Below are positions 10,489 to 20,100 of a stretch of DNA of 64,000 nucleotides, piece after piece (position 1 is the stretch's first letter; the number at the start of each line of letters is the position of its first letter). The notes beneath the pieces are model-generated. The model did no database searches. It had not been told where the DNA came from and was given only the letters and a program-made list of their open reading frames with translations. This stretch comes from Promethearchaeota archaeon (lineage in GTDB: Archaea > Asgardarchaeota > Lokiarchaeia > Sigyniarchaeales > SOKP01), in the NCBI GenBank assembly GCA_016839745.1, contig JAEOTS010000025.1, positions 14,413 through 78,412 on the forward strand. Direction: 5' to 3'. The position numbers and the translations under genes were made by a program.

Positions 10489-12120
10489 CTATTTAGGTCG
10501 TCTAATCACTCTTCCTGGAGATTTTCGATTCTTTTTTCCGCTTTCGACGACGATAACACCATTTACAAAGACATATGGAATACCTTCAGGAAGTTGATAA
10601 GGTTGTTCGTAGGTTGCTTTATCAATAACCTTTTCAGGGTCAAAGATAACAATATCAGCCCAATTTCCTTCTCTAATAAGTCCTCTGTCTTGGAGTCCAA
10701 GCCGTTGCGCTGGAAACGATGTCATCTTACGAATTGCCTGTTCTAAGGTCAAAACTTTTTCTTTTCTGACATATTTACCCAGAATACGAGGATATGTTCC
10801 AAAGAACCTTGGATGGAATGCTCCAGCGCTAAAAGAAGCGGGAACTCCAGAACCATCTGTCCCAACCATTTGATAACGGCTAGTCATGATTCTCTGAATA
10901 TCTTCTTCTCCCATACTTTGTATGGTGGTCATGACATTTAGTTCGTTGTCAATTAATAGATTAAAAAAAGTATCAAAATCGTCTGAGAATCCTTTGATTT
11001 TTGTGATTTCTGTGATATTCTTTGATATTATATCCTTCCATTTATCGTGAGTAACCGTTGAAATAAAGAAATTATGAAAACTCTCGTCACGAATCCAATT
11101 TTCCCATCCTTTAATTCCTTCTTTAACCTCTGTTCTTATTCGCTCTTGATTTTCTGGTTTCCTTATGCGATTTAAAATATCTTCATTTTTTCCTTCGCGT
11201 ACCCATGGAGGTAATGCCGTCATAAGTCCAGCCATACCACGATTATAAGGATATTGATCACATGTTATACTAATGCCTCGCTCGTTAGCCTCTTCAATTA
11301 AACTTAAAGTTTCCTTGCTAGTACCCCAGTAAGGTTTGCCAGATATTTTGTGATGAGCTATTTGTCCTCCAACACAACCGGATTTCTCAACGATTTCAAT
11401 AACTTCCCCTACGGCTTTTAAAACCGTTGCCCCCTCACCACGTATGTGAGAAAAATACAATCCATTATATTCAGCAACTACTTTGGCTAATTCAATTATT
11501 TCATCTGTTTTTGCGAATACTTGAGGAGCATAGATCAAACCCGTACTCATACCAAAAGCTCCAGCCTCCATTGCTTCACGTAAATAACCCTTCATTTTTT
11601 GGATTTGTTCTGGATTAGCAGGACGATTTTCGCCCCCTTGACCAGCAGCCCACTGTAAATTGCCATAACCTACAAAAAACACTAAATTTGCAGAATTCCG
11701 TTTCTTTTCGTTATAATTTAGGTATTCTGCGAATGTATGATAAGGAAACTCAAATTGAGAAAGGTTTGGGTCGATTTTACTTATTAACTTAAGGAAGTCT
11801 TCTTCTCTTCCCTCAGGAATGGGGGCCATACCTTCTCCACACATTCCGACCACTGCTGTTGTTACTCCTTGGTATAATGTACACTCTTGACCTCTGCTAC
11901 CCGGTAAAATATAATCAGTATGGGAGTGAATATCTATAAATCCGGGACATATTATCAAACCCCTGGCATCTATAACTTTCTTAGCGTCACTTTTTATCTT
12001 TGGACTTATTTCCACTATTTTTCCGTCCTTAATTCCGATTTCTCCAGAATACCAGGGATTTCCCGTTCCATCAATTATTCTTCCATCTTTGATAATAATT
12101 TCATAATCCATGCTTAACAA
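10489..12120 (-). CDS. N-acyl-D-amino-acid deacylase (amidohydrolase_3)
   Basis: PGFIDIHSHTD, GMSTGLIYAP, GTDG, HPRFFGTYPR. Confidence 0.93.
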   Translation of the reverse strand: MLSMDYEIIIKDGRIIDGTGNPWYSGEIGIKDGKIVEISPKIKSDAKKVIDARGLIICPGFIDIHSHTDYILPGSRGQECTLYQGVTTAVVGMCGEGMAPIPEGREEDFLKLISKIDPNLSQFEFPYHTFAEYLNYNEKKRNSANLVFFVGYGNLQWAAGQGGENRPANPEQIQKMKGYLREAMEAGAFGMSTGLIYAPQVFAKTDEIIELAKVVAEYNGLYFSHIRGEGATVLKAVGEVIEIVEKSGCVGGQIAHHKISGKPYWGTSKETLSLIEEANERGISITCDQYPYNRGMAGLMTALPPWVREGKNEDILNRIRKPENQERIRTEVKEGIKGWENWIRDESFHNFFISTVTHDKWKDIISKNITEITKIKGFSDDFDTFFNLLIDNELNVMTTIQSMGEEDIQRIMTSRYQMVGTDGSGVPASFSAGAFHPRFFGTYPRILGKYVRKEKVLTLEQAIRKMTSFPAQRLGLQDRGLIREGNWADIVIFDPEKVIDKATYEQPYQLPEGIPYVFVNGVIVVESGKKNRKSPGRVIRRPK

Positions 12121-12204
12121 ATCTAAGAGTTATATGAGTAGATTAAATAATTATATATTAAAAAAATAGTAGATTTTCTCAAATTTGAGCAACTAAATTT
12201 GAAT

Positions 12205-12351
12205 TTATTTTGGAGATTGCTTTTTCACGAAAAAATTCTTAGAGGTACGACACCTTGGGCATTTATAGTTGTCACCAACCTTTTCAAACGGAATCTCGTG
12301 TTCTTCGTCTATATATACGTAATTACATCTTTTACAGCGGTGTATTGTCAT
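12205..12351 (-). CDS. Rubredoxin-like protein (48 aa)
   Basis: Manual translation MTIHRCKRCNYVYIDEEHEIPFEKVGDNYKCPRCRTSKNFFVKKQSPK; starts 8 nt after the oxidoreductase stop. Confidence 0.85.
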   Translation of the reverse strand: MTIHRCKRCNYVYIDEEHEIPFEKVGDNYKCPRCRTSKNFFVKKQSPK

Positions 12352-12359
12352 AATCTTCA

Positions 12360-13706
12360 CTATTTATTTTGTTGTTTTTTGAAACCTTCTTTTGGGTGTT
12401 TACAATTTAGACATTTCCAATCGTTTGGTAAATCTTTGAAGAGAATTTCCCTTTTTGTTTCATCATATTCCGCTCCACAATTAGAGCATATATAGAGATA
12501 TAGCTCAAGAATATCCATAAGTTCTTCTCGGGTGACATCTTGCTCCATCTTTTTATAAACAAACGACATAGCTTTGTTGTCTCCAAAGAGAATGGCTCCT
12601 TTAAGAGTGTTATCTTTTAATACTAACTTCTGATAGCAGCAATCTTTCTTATCTGCTCTTTTTAGAATATCCCAACCGCCTCCTACTTCCTGTGAAGGAT
12701 CAAAAACTCCAATTGAAGTCAATTCTAAACCTACAATTTTTAAGGTATTTTTTGGTGTAGTTCCCTTGTATTCTATCTTTTTTAAGCCCAAGACAGATGC
12801 AGCGACGATTTTTGACTGTTCCATGCAAGCTGGGATAATTCCCCAAGTTTGATTTTTATATTCCACGCAATCTCCTACGGCAAAAATATTTTTTTTACTT
12901 GTCTCCAAGTATTCATCAACTATGATGCCTCGATTGGTTTCTAATCCGGAATTTTGTGCAAGATCGATTGTAGCTCTAATTCCCGCTTGGATTAAAACAA
13001 TATCAGCATCAATTTTTTGCCCATCTTTTAACTTAATTCCATTGACAGCTCCATTACCCACGATTTCTTCGGTTGCTGCATTTAAAACAACATTAATACC
13101 TTTAGATTCAATTTCATTCTTTAACATGCCACTACATTCGTCATCTAGCTGCCTTGGTAATAATCGTGGAAAAAATTCAACGACCGTAGCATCCAAATTA
13201 GCGTTTTTAATTTGGTTAGCTAATTCTAATCCTAGTAGCCCTCCTCCTATAATAATAGCTTTTTTAGCTTTGACATTTTGAATAAATTCTTTTATTTCTA
13301 ACGCATCATCAATGGTTCTTAACGTAAATACGCCTTTTCCTACCATTTCTCTGGCGTTTTTAATGGGAGGGATATTTGGAACACTACCCAAAGCTAATAT
13401 TAACTTGTCATAAGAAACAGGGTCGTCCTGACCTTCAATAAAGAGAACTTTTTGATCTGGTTCAATTTTGGTCACCTTACTGTTTAGGTTTAGTTTGATA
13501 TTTTTATCCTTATACCAATCATCTTTAAAAACGATCAAATCTTCAGCTTGAATTTTACCAGGAATTAATTCTGGTAAATTAACTCTCGTGTAATAGGGAT
13601 ACCGCTCTTGAGTAAAAATTTCAATTTCTACATCTTCATTTAAAAAATGTATGTTTTGAGCTGTAAATGTTCCAGCGACATTATTCCCCACGATTACAAC
13701 TTTCAT
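12360..13706 (-). CDS. NAD(P)H:rubredoxin oxidoreductase (NirB-like) with fused C-terminal rubredoxin
   Basis: GGGLLGLE, FAVGDC; C-terminal YICSNCGAEYD...DLPNDWKCLNC. Confidence 0.9.
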   Translation of the reverse strand: MKVVIVGNNVAGTFTAQNIHFLNEDVEIEIFTQERYPYYTRVNLPELIPGKIQAEDLIVFKDDWYKDKNIKLNLNSKVTKIEPDQKVLFIEGQDDPVSYDKLILALGSVPNIPPIKNAREMVGKGVFTLRTIDDALEIKEFIQNVKAKKAIIIGGGLLGLELANQIKNANLDATVVEFFPRLLPRQLDDECSGMLKNEIESKGINVVLNAATEEIVGNGAVNGIKLKDGQKIDADIVLIQAGIRATIDLAQNSGLETNRGIIVDEYLETSKKNIFAVGDCVEYKNQTWGIIPACMEQSKIVAASVLGLKKIEYKGTTPKNTLKIVGLELTSIGVFDPSQEVGGGWDILKRADKKDCCYQKLVLKDNTLKGAILFGDNKAMSFVYKKMEQDVTREELMDILELYLYICSNCGAEYDETKREILFKDLPNDWKCLNCKHPKEGFKKQQNK

Positions 13707-13829
13707 AGTTTTTATACTGATTTTTTCTTATTTTAAAGTTATCATTATATTCTGAAAATTATAACGATTCGAGCTGAAAAGAACATGTTCGAAATTAAAA
13801 ATATATAATCATCTCCATTTGTTCTAAAT

Positions 13830-14615
13830 ATGACTGAAATAGAACACCAAAATAAAGTTGTAAGAAAAATAATTCACATTGATGAAGAACTTTGTACCGG
13901 TTGCGGTAATTGTATCGTAGATTGTGCTGAAGCTGCTCTTGAAATTGTCGATGGAAAAGCCAAAGTTGTCAATGATCTTTTCTGTGATGGTTTAGGTGCT
14001 TGTATCCAAGGATGTCCTACAGGTGCCCTTGAAATAATTGAAAGAGAAGCTGCAGAATTCGACGAAGAAGCTGTCGAAAAAAGACTAGAAACTTTAAAGA
14101 GCACGGAAGAAGCAGAATTAAAGCAAGTTAAGGAAATCGTTGCCGAACATTCACACCAATGTGGTTGTCCATCCTCTCAGACGATGGTTTTTGATGAACC
14201 TAAAGTTCAAAATGAAGCTACAGGAAAGATATCTTCTACTTTACGACAATGGCCAGTTCAAATGCATTTAATCAATCCGAATGCTCCATATTATCAAGGG
14301 GCTGATGTCTTAATTTCTGCAGACTGTGTTGGTTATTCTTATGGAGATTTTCATAGAGATTTCTTAAATTCCAAATCAATTGCTATTGCTTGTCCAAAAC
14401 TAGACCAAGGGAAAGAAGTTTATATTGAAAAAATTAAGAGTTTAATAGATGATGCCAAGATTAATACGCTTACTGTAGCTATCATGGAAGTTCCGTGTTG
14501 TTCTGGATTATTAGCTTTAGCTCAAGAAGGTGCTAAACGAGCAAGTAGAAAGGTCCCTATAAAGTACGTTGTAATAGGAGTCAAAGGGGATCTTCTAAAG
14601 GAAGAATGGTTATAA
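13830..14615 (+). CDS. 4Fe-4S ferredoxin-domain iron-sulfur protein
   Basis: CTGCGNCIVDC, CDGLGACIQGCP, QWPVQM, ADC, CPKLD, MEVPCC. Confidence 0.88.
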   Translation: MTEIEHQNKVVRKIIHIDEELCTGCGNCIVDCAEAALEIVDGKAKVVNDLFCDGLGACIQGCPTGALEIIEREAAEFDEEAVEKRLETLKSTEEAELKQVKEIVAEHSHQCGCPSSQTMVFDEPKVQNEATGKISSTLRQWPVQMHLINPNAPYYQGADVLISADCVGYSYGDFHRDFLNSKSIAIACPKLDQGKEVYIEKIKSLIDDAKINTLTVAIMEVPCCSGLLALAQEGAKRASRKVPIKYVVIGVKGDLLKEEWL

Positions 14616-14765
14616 AACAATTTTTTTCTTTTTCTTTTTAATTTTATATTATGTAAATCCTATTATCCCATTTATTAACTAGTATTATTTTTTTTGAAGT
14701 TATTCACATTCTCATAGTTTAATTTTAATAAGTTTAAACTTCAATGAAAAATTAAGTATAACATT

Positions 14766-15275
14766 ATGAAAATAGTTATAGTTCTTGCAATGCATGGCAT
14801 GCCACCTAATGATTTTCCTCAAAAAGAAACTCTTGACTATTTTATGCTCCATTCTAGATTAGAAAACATGCCAGGACCTCCACCTCCAAATATGCAAAAA
14901 CAATACGAAGAATTAGACACTAAAATGCGAAAATGGCCTCGAACTAAGGAAAATGATCAATACTATTTAACTTCAAATGAAATAGCTGCTACTCTTTCAA
15001 ATCAGACAAGCTTTAGTGTTGTAGTGGGATTTAACGAATTTTGTTCTCCATCTCTGGATGAGGCATTTGAGGAAGCATTACAACTAAATCCTGATAAAAT
15101 TATTGTTGTTACTCCTATGATGACTCAAGGGGGCGAACATTCTGAAAAAGACATCCCTGAAGCAATTGAACGAGCAAAAAAGAAAAATCCTAACATTAAG
15201 TTTTCTTATGTATGGCCCTTTGATATTTCTAAAATAGCAGCATTCTTAGCAGAACAAATTAGGGATTATTCTTAA
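14766..15275 (+). CDS. CbiX/SirB-type class II chelatase
   Basis: AMHG, GFNEFCSP, GGEHSEKDIP. Confidence 0.85.
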   Translation: MKIVIVLAMHGMPPNDFPQKETLDYFMLHSRLENMPGPPPPNMQKQYEELDTKMRKWPRTKENDQYYLTSNEIAATLSNQTSFSVVVGFNEFCSPSLDEAFEEALQLNPDKIIVVTPMMTQGGEHSEKDIPEAIERAKKKNPNIKFSYVWPFDISKIAAFLAEQIRDYS

Positions 15276-15288
15276 GATTTAGTCAAAT

Positions 15289-15942
15289 TTACATTTCGAA
15301 CATTACTTTTTTTTTAATTATTTTCCTAAGAGTAACAGATAGAGCAGACTTGGACTTCCCTAACTCGTTAGCTAATTCCTCTAAAGAAATTTTTCTCGGA
15401 ATTTCAAAAAATCCTGAAGAAATAGCTTTATTCAAGATTGTTGATTCGTCTAGAGTTAATTTATTCTTATCGTCGTCAACACTATAAGGAGAAGTCCCAA
15501 TTCTGAGGAGTGTATAATTGATGCCTTTCTGTTCAAAAAGATTTAATAGATCGTCTATTCTTTCCCTACTTGACACTAACCTCCAGTAAGCGTATCCTTC
15601 TCTTACTCGAACTGGAAAGTTAACTAAAACACCACATTTGATTATTGCATATAATAAAAATGGATCCTTTGTTTTTACATTAAACTTTACTCGCGTCTCT
15701 TCTTTTTCCATAACGCTAATTTCAATAACAGATTTATGGTGCGTAATTTCTTCTATTATTAAATCGATGCTGTGATGAAAAATCTCAATGATTGAATTTC
15801 CAATGGATTTTTCAAAATCATAAGGAAGAAAGTGTTCAATTTCCATTCGCACATCATGAAATTTTTTGAAGATTTCCGATATCCATAGTTGGTCTGGAAA
15901 CTTAATCTTAATCCTTGCTAGACTCGATTTCGATGAATTCAT
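15289..15942 (-). CDS. Bat-like (HTH_10) transcriptional regulator
   Basis: A...GFFEIPRKISLEELANELGKSKSALS. Confidence 0.88.
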   Translation of the reverse strand: MNSSKSSLARIKIKFPDQLWISEIFKKFHDVRMEIEHFLPYDFEKSIGNSIIEIFHHSIDLIIEEITHHKSVIEISVMEKEETRVKFNVKTKDPFLLYAIIKCGVLVNFPVRVREGYAYWRLVSSRERIDDLLNLFEQKGINYTLLRIGTSPYSVDDDKNKLTLDESTILNKAISSGFFEIPRKISLEELANELGKSKSALSVTLRKIIKKKVMFEM

Positions 15943-16031
15943 CGTAATTAGTAATAACCAAGAATTTAAAACATTTTTTAGAATTAAAATAAAAAATAAT
16001 AAATAAAGAAAGAAATAGCTATATTGTAACT

Positions 16032-16631
16032 ATGGTGGAAAATAAGAATTTGCTTTTAGGAATCTGTGGAAGTCCCAGAAAACAAGGAACTGCTTATGCC
16101 GTTGAATATGCCTTGACTTACGCTTCCGAAAAATTTGAGTTTGACACTGAATTCTGGACAGTAAGAGGAAAGGAAATCAAGTATTGCACGCACTGCGACT
16201 ATTGTATTAGAGAGAAAAAAGGATGCATAAATGAAGATGATGTTCAAAAACTTTATCATATGTTAGAAGAAGCCAAATTTTTGCTCATAGGTACACCGGT
16301 GTTTCAAGGTAATCTTTCAGGGCAACTCAAAACTATATTAGATCGCTGTCGTGGATTAGTCGCTAAAAATCCTAATGTTTTTAAGGGTAAATATGGAATT
16401 GCGCTTGCAGTGGGGGGAGATCGAAGCGGAGGGCAAGAAATTGCGATTAGAAGCGTTTTAGATTTCTACCAACAAAATCATATAATATCCGTTTCGGGTG
16501 GTGCGTTTGGAGCTAATTTGGGTGCTTCTTTATGGAGTAGGGATAATGGCAAGGAAGGAGTTCAAAAAGATCAAGAGGGATTAAAAACAATTAGGAAAGT
16601 CATAAAAAGATTAGCAGAGTTTAAAGAATAG
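16032..16631 (+). CDS. Iron-sulfur flavoprotein (Isf), intact copy
   Basis: GSPRK, CTHCDYC...C, GTPVF, LKTILDR, GGDRSGGQE. Confidence 0.92.
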   Translation: MVENKNLLLGICGSPRKQGTAYAVEYALTYASEKFEFDTEFWTVRGKEIKYCTHCDYCIREKKGCINEDDVQKLYHMLEEAKFLLIGTPVFQGNLSGQLKTILDRCRGLVAKNPNVFKGKYGIALAVGGDRSGGQEIAIRSVLDFYQQNHIISVSGGAFGANLGASLWSRDNGKEGVQKDQEGLKTIRKVIKRLAEFKE

Positions 16632-16955
16632 AAAAGAAAAATAATTGTACTTATTGTACCCTATTTAACTCCAAAGAGTTTCTTAGCTTCTTTTTCTCTG
16701 AGTCCTGAGATACCCCAGAGCTCTTTAAACCAATATTTTCCATCCATAATTACAACTGGCGTATTTACAATACACCCATCTGCGTCACAGAAAGTTTTGG
16801 TGAAATTTTTATCGTGTAACAGCTTATGAACGAATTCTTCGTCGTCTATATCATGTTCTATATACTCGACATTGTGTTTGCGGCCAATCTTTCAATTCTG
16901 TACATCTTGAGCAATCAGTTTTTGATATTATTATTGGAATTTGCATTTTTGACAT
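16201..16955. repeat. Diverged direct repeat, copy 1 (isf 3' part plus grx); copy 2 at 30562..31318
   Basis: Colinear nucleotide similarity including the intergenic TAGAAAAGAAAAATAAT; differences mostly at third codon positions. Confidence 0.92.
16661..16955 (-). pseudogene. Frameshifted glutaredoxin-like gene (paralogue of 31022..31318)
   Basis: 295 nt versus 297 nt; 2-nt deletion near 16883 after MSKMQIPIIISKTDCSRCTELKDW gives an early TGA. Confidence 0.88.
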
Positions 16956-17158
16956 ATTAATCTACCTTAATATTAATTTTGTTTTTAATTGTATTATAAA
17001 AACATGATGTAAAAAAACTTATTTCCCTAAATTATAAATAAACTTTAATCTTTTTCAACAAAATACTTGCGAAATTTCAATTTTTTTTATAATTTCTTGG
17101 TCTCTCGTTATTCTCTATTAACCGGATAAAAAAAAGTTACCAGTGTTTCTAAAATGAA

Positions 17159-20100
17159 TTATTTAAAGAATTTGTTGCCTCTTGACCGCATAATCTCTTG
17201 ATAAAGATTCTTGATAAAAATATTAAATTGTTTTTTATCATATTTAACATTCAAGAAGTGTCCTAATATGGTTGGAATGTCATCCAATTTTTCATAAACA
17301 GGAATAATTGTAATTAAATCCTTTTTCCTTTTTTCGAATGCTACTTGCCATTCATCTTTTACAGAAGCTGATTTCATAGAATTTTCACTACAAAATAACA
17401 CAAATACATCATATTCTTTGAGCGTTTCATCCATAAATTCCGTATAATCTGCAACTTTTTGTGCTTTATCCGATTCCCAATACATTACTTTATCAATCTC
17501 TGGGTATTCTTCTAAACTTTTTATAACACTTAAAATTTGGAAGTGATCAATATCCAGAGTAGAATAACTTATGAAAATATTAAGCTCTTTGAATTTCTCA
17601 GGCAATAATTTAGAAACTATAGCTTTTGGTTTTATTTCTTGAGAGCGAACTTCTTCTAATAGAAGGTCCGAATCATCCCTGTCAAGATTTAGCATCTCCC
17701 ATTCTCTATAAATTTTTATGAATTGTTTAATTTGTTCGATATTCGATTGTTTGTCAAAAGCAACTGCTTTCGATTTTGAAAAGTATTCACCATTAATCTC
17801 ATTATTTTGAATCATTTCTTGTAAGACTTCAATAATGAAATCATCATCACTTATTCCAGTTTGTTCACTAATGTCAGTTATTTCTAATCTCGCAAATTTT
17901 GTAGCTAAATTTAAAACAATTCTTTTTATTATATTAATCATTTCTAAATGTTTACTATTACATTGAGTGATTTTTTCATCACATTCGTTTAACATTTCGA
18001 ATAGACCATATACTTTGCATAAATCTTTGATTTCTTCAAGGTCTTTCAGTGCATCTTTTACACTTTTTTCCTCTATCAGATGATCAACAGTTAACAACCT
18101 ATTATGAAGTTTTTGTTCGATTTTAATTTTCTTTTTGTCATATACTTTTATTTCTCTTCCTTTTTTTGGAATAATTACTCTCTTCCGAACAACTACGAAA
18201 CTTACTCCAGCTATACTAATTATACTAACAACAGTCATAATGATTACAATTAAATAATCTGGTTTCGTTATTACAGTATTTCCTTGAAATGTATTTCCAA
18301 AACTATCTTCCTCAACATAAGCTTCATCATTTAAGTAGAAATAATTTTCAGTTATTGAATTATTGTTAGATTGTTTAAAGAATAATCCGAATTGATTACT
18401 TCCTAGGAAACTTCCACTGATGATGTTACTGTGACTCAATAATAGATAAATACCCCAACGGTTATAACTTATTGTTTCTGTATTGTTTATAATGGAAATC
18501 AAACGACTTTCATTCAAGAAAATACCCGCTAACTTATTATGGTTCATATTACTTTCTAATATCGTGATATTCTCACAATCGTATAAACATACTCCATGTC
18601 CATTATTATTCGAGCAATCCAGATTAATTAATATAGCATTAGAAACATGCTCTAATTTAAGTCCTGCATCATTAAATCCTCCACCTGAGTTATGTAAAAT
18701 ACTATATCTTACAATGAAAAACGCAATAGAATTTCTAATTATTAAATTACTTCCAGTATTCTGACCATCAATTACTAAAAATTCAATAATATATGGATCA
18801 TTCCAAGTGCCTGAACCAAAGCACCACTCTTGAGCTTCTGCTTGATCCCAAGTGTAATTACCTGCACCAGTATCGTCAATAGTAGTAGTTTCCAAAACAA
18901 CATAATCTGGGACTTTTTTAATAGATACATTTTGATAGCCGATATTTCCTACCAAATCAGCAGCATAAAAATGAATAAAAATTGTTTCAATCGGACCAGT
19001 AATAAAATTATCCCAAAGCCCTTGATCTATCTTTCCTGTTAAATCTGAAAAAGTATAATTACCTGTTATATATGTATCGTTAGATAGGGAATACCATGTG
19101 AGATCTAAATTTCCCTCAGTGATAGAAAGATTAAATTCAGGACTACTTAGTTGAAATGTCTCGTCTAATATTGGATTATGAATTGTAATCACTGGTATTT
19201 CGATATCTTTCCCAACCATTATATCCATAAAGCTTAAAGTCCCTAAAGTATTATTTGCGTAAAATCTTATTATTACTGTTCCGTTTCCTAGAGCATCCCA
19301 TTCAGCCTGATCTATAGTACCATTAGCTATAAATGTAATATTTGTGAGTCCTCCATCAAGTGTATACCACATCGAATCTATGCCATTAACATTAGATATT
19401 TCTACATTAAAAATCGGAGGATTGTACCTAAATAAACTATTAGTAATTGGTGTATTTATTAAAATGGTTGGACCTGATAAAATATCTTTCCTGACCACAA
19501 TTGAATTGGAGGCTAGATTCCCTAGGGTGTCATTCCCATAGAAAGTGATTGTTACTGTTCCATTTACTTGAGCATCCCATTCTGTCTGGTCTATGGAGCC
19601 ATTAGTTATAAATATAATATTTGTGAGCCCGCCATCAAGCGTATACCACATCGTGTCAATACCATTAATAGCAGTTATTATCACATTGAAATTTGGCGCA
19701 AGAATTCCAAAAAGTTCATTAAGAATTGGAGATATGATGAAGATGTTTGGCAATTGGATATCCTTCCTAACCACAACAGAATTAGAGGCTAAATTCCCAA
19801 CGGTATCATTTGCATAGAAAGTTATAGTTACAGTACCATTTGCTTGATTATCCCATTCAATTGGATCTATGGTACCATTGATTGTAAATGTAATATTTAT
19901 GAACCCGCCATCAAGCGTGTACCACATCATATCCACACCATTGATATCCGAGATTTCTACATTAAAAGTGGGGGGGAGAGGTCCAAAGAGCTCATTTGGT
20001 ATAGGTGAATTAATGGTAATATTCGGAATTTCGATATCTTTTCGAACTACTACGGAATTAGAAGCTATATTCCCTAAGGTATCGTTTGCGTAGAAAATTA

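Noticed and set aside
355-13745. Recurring TAACTTT upstream of several oxidative-stress genes
   Set aside because: Too short and AT-rich to separate from background or core promoter without statistics
13781-13790. GAACATGTTC palindrome between divergent redox genes
   Set aside because: Only 10 bp, and no second copy noticed
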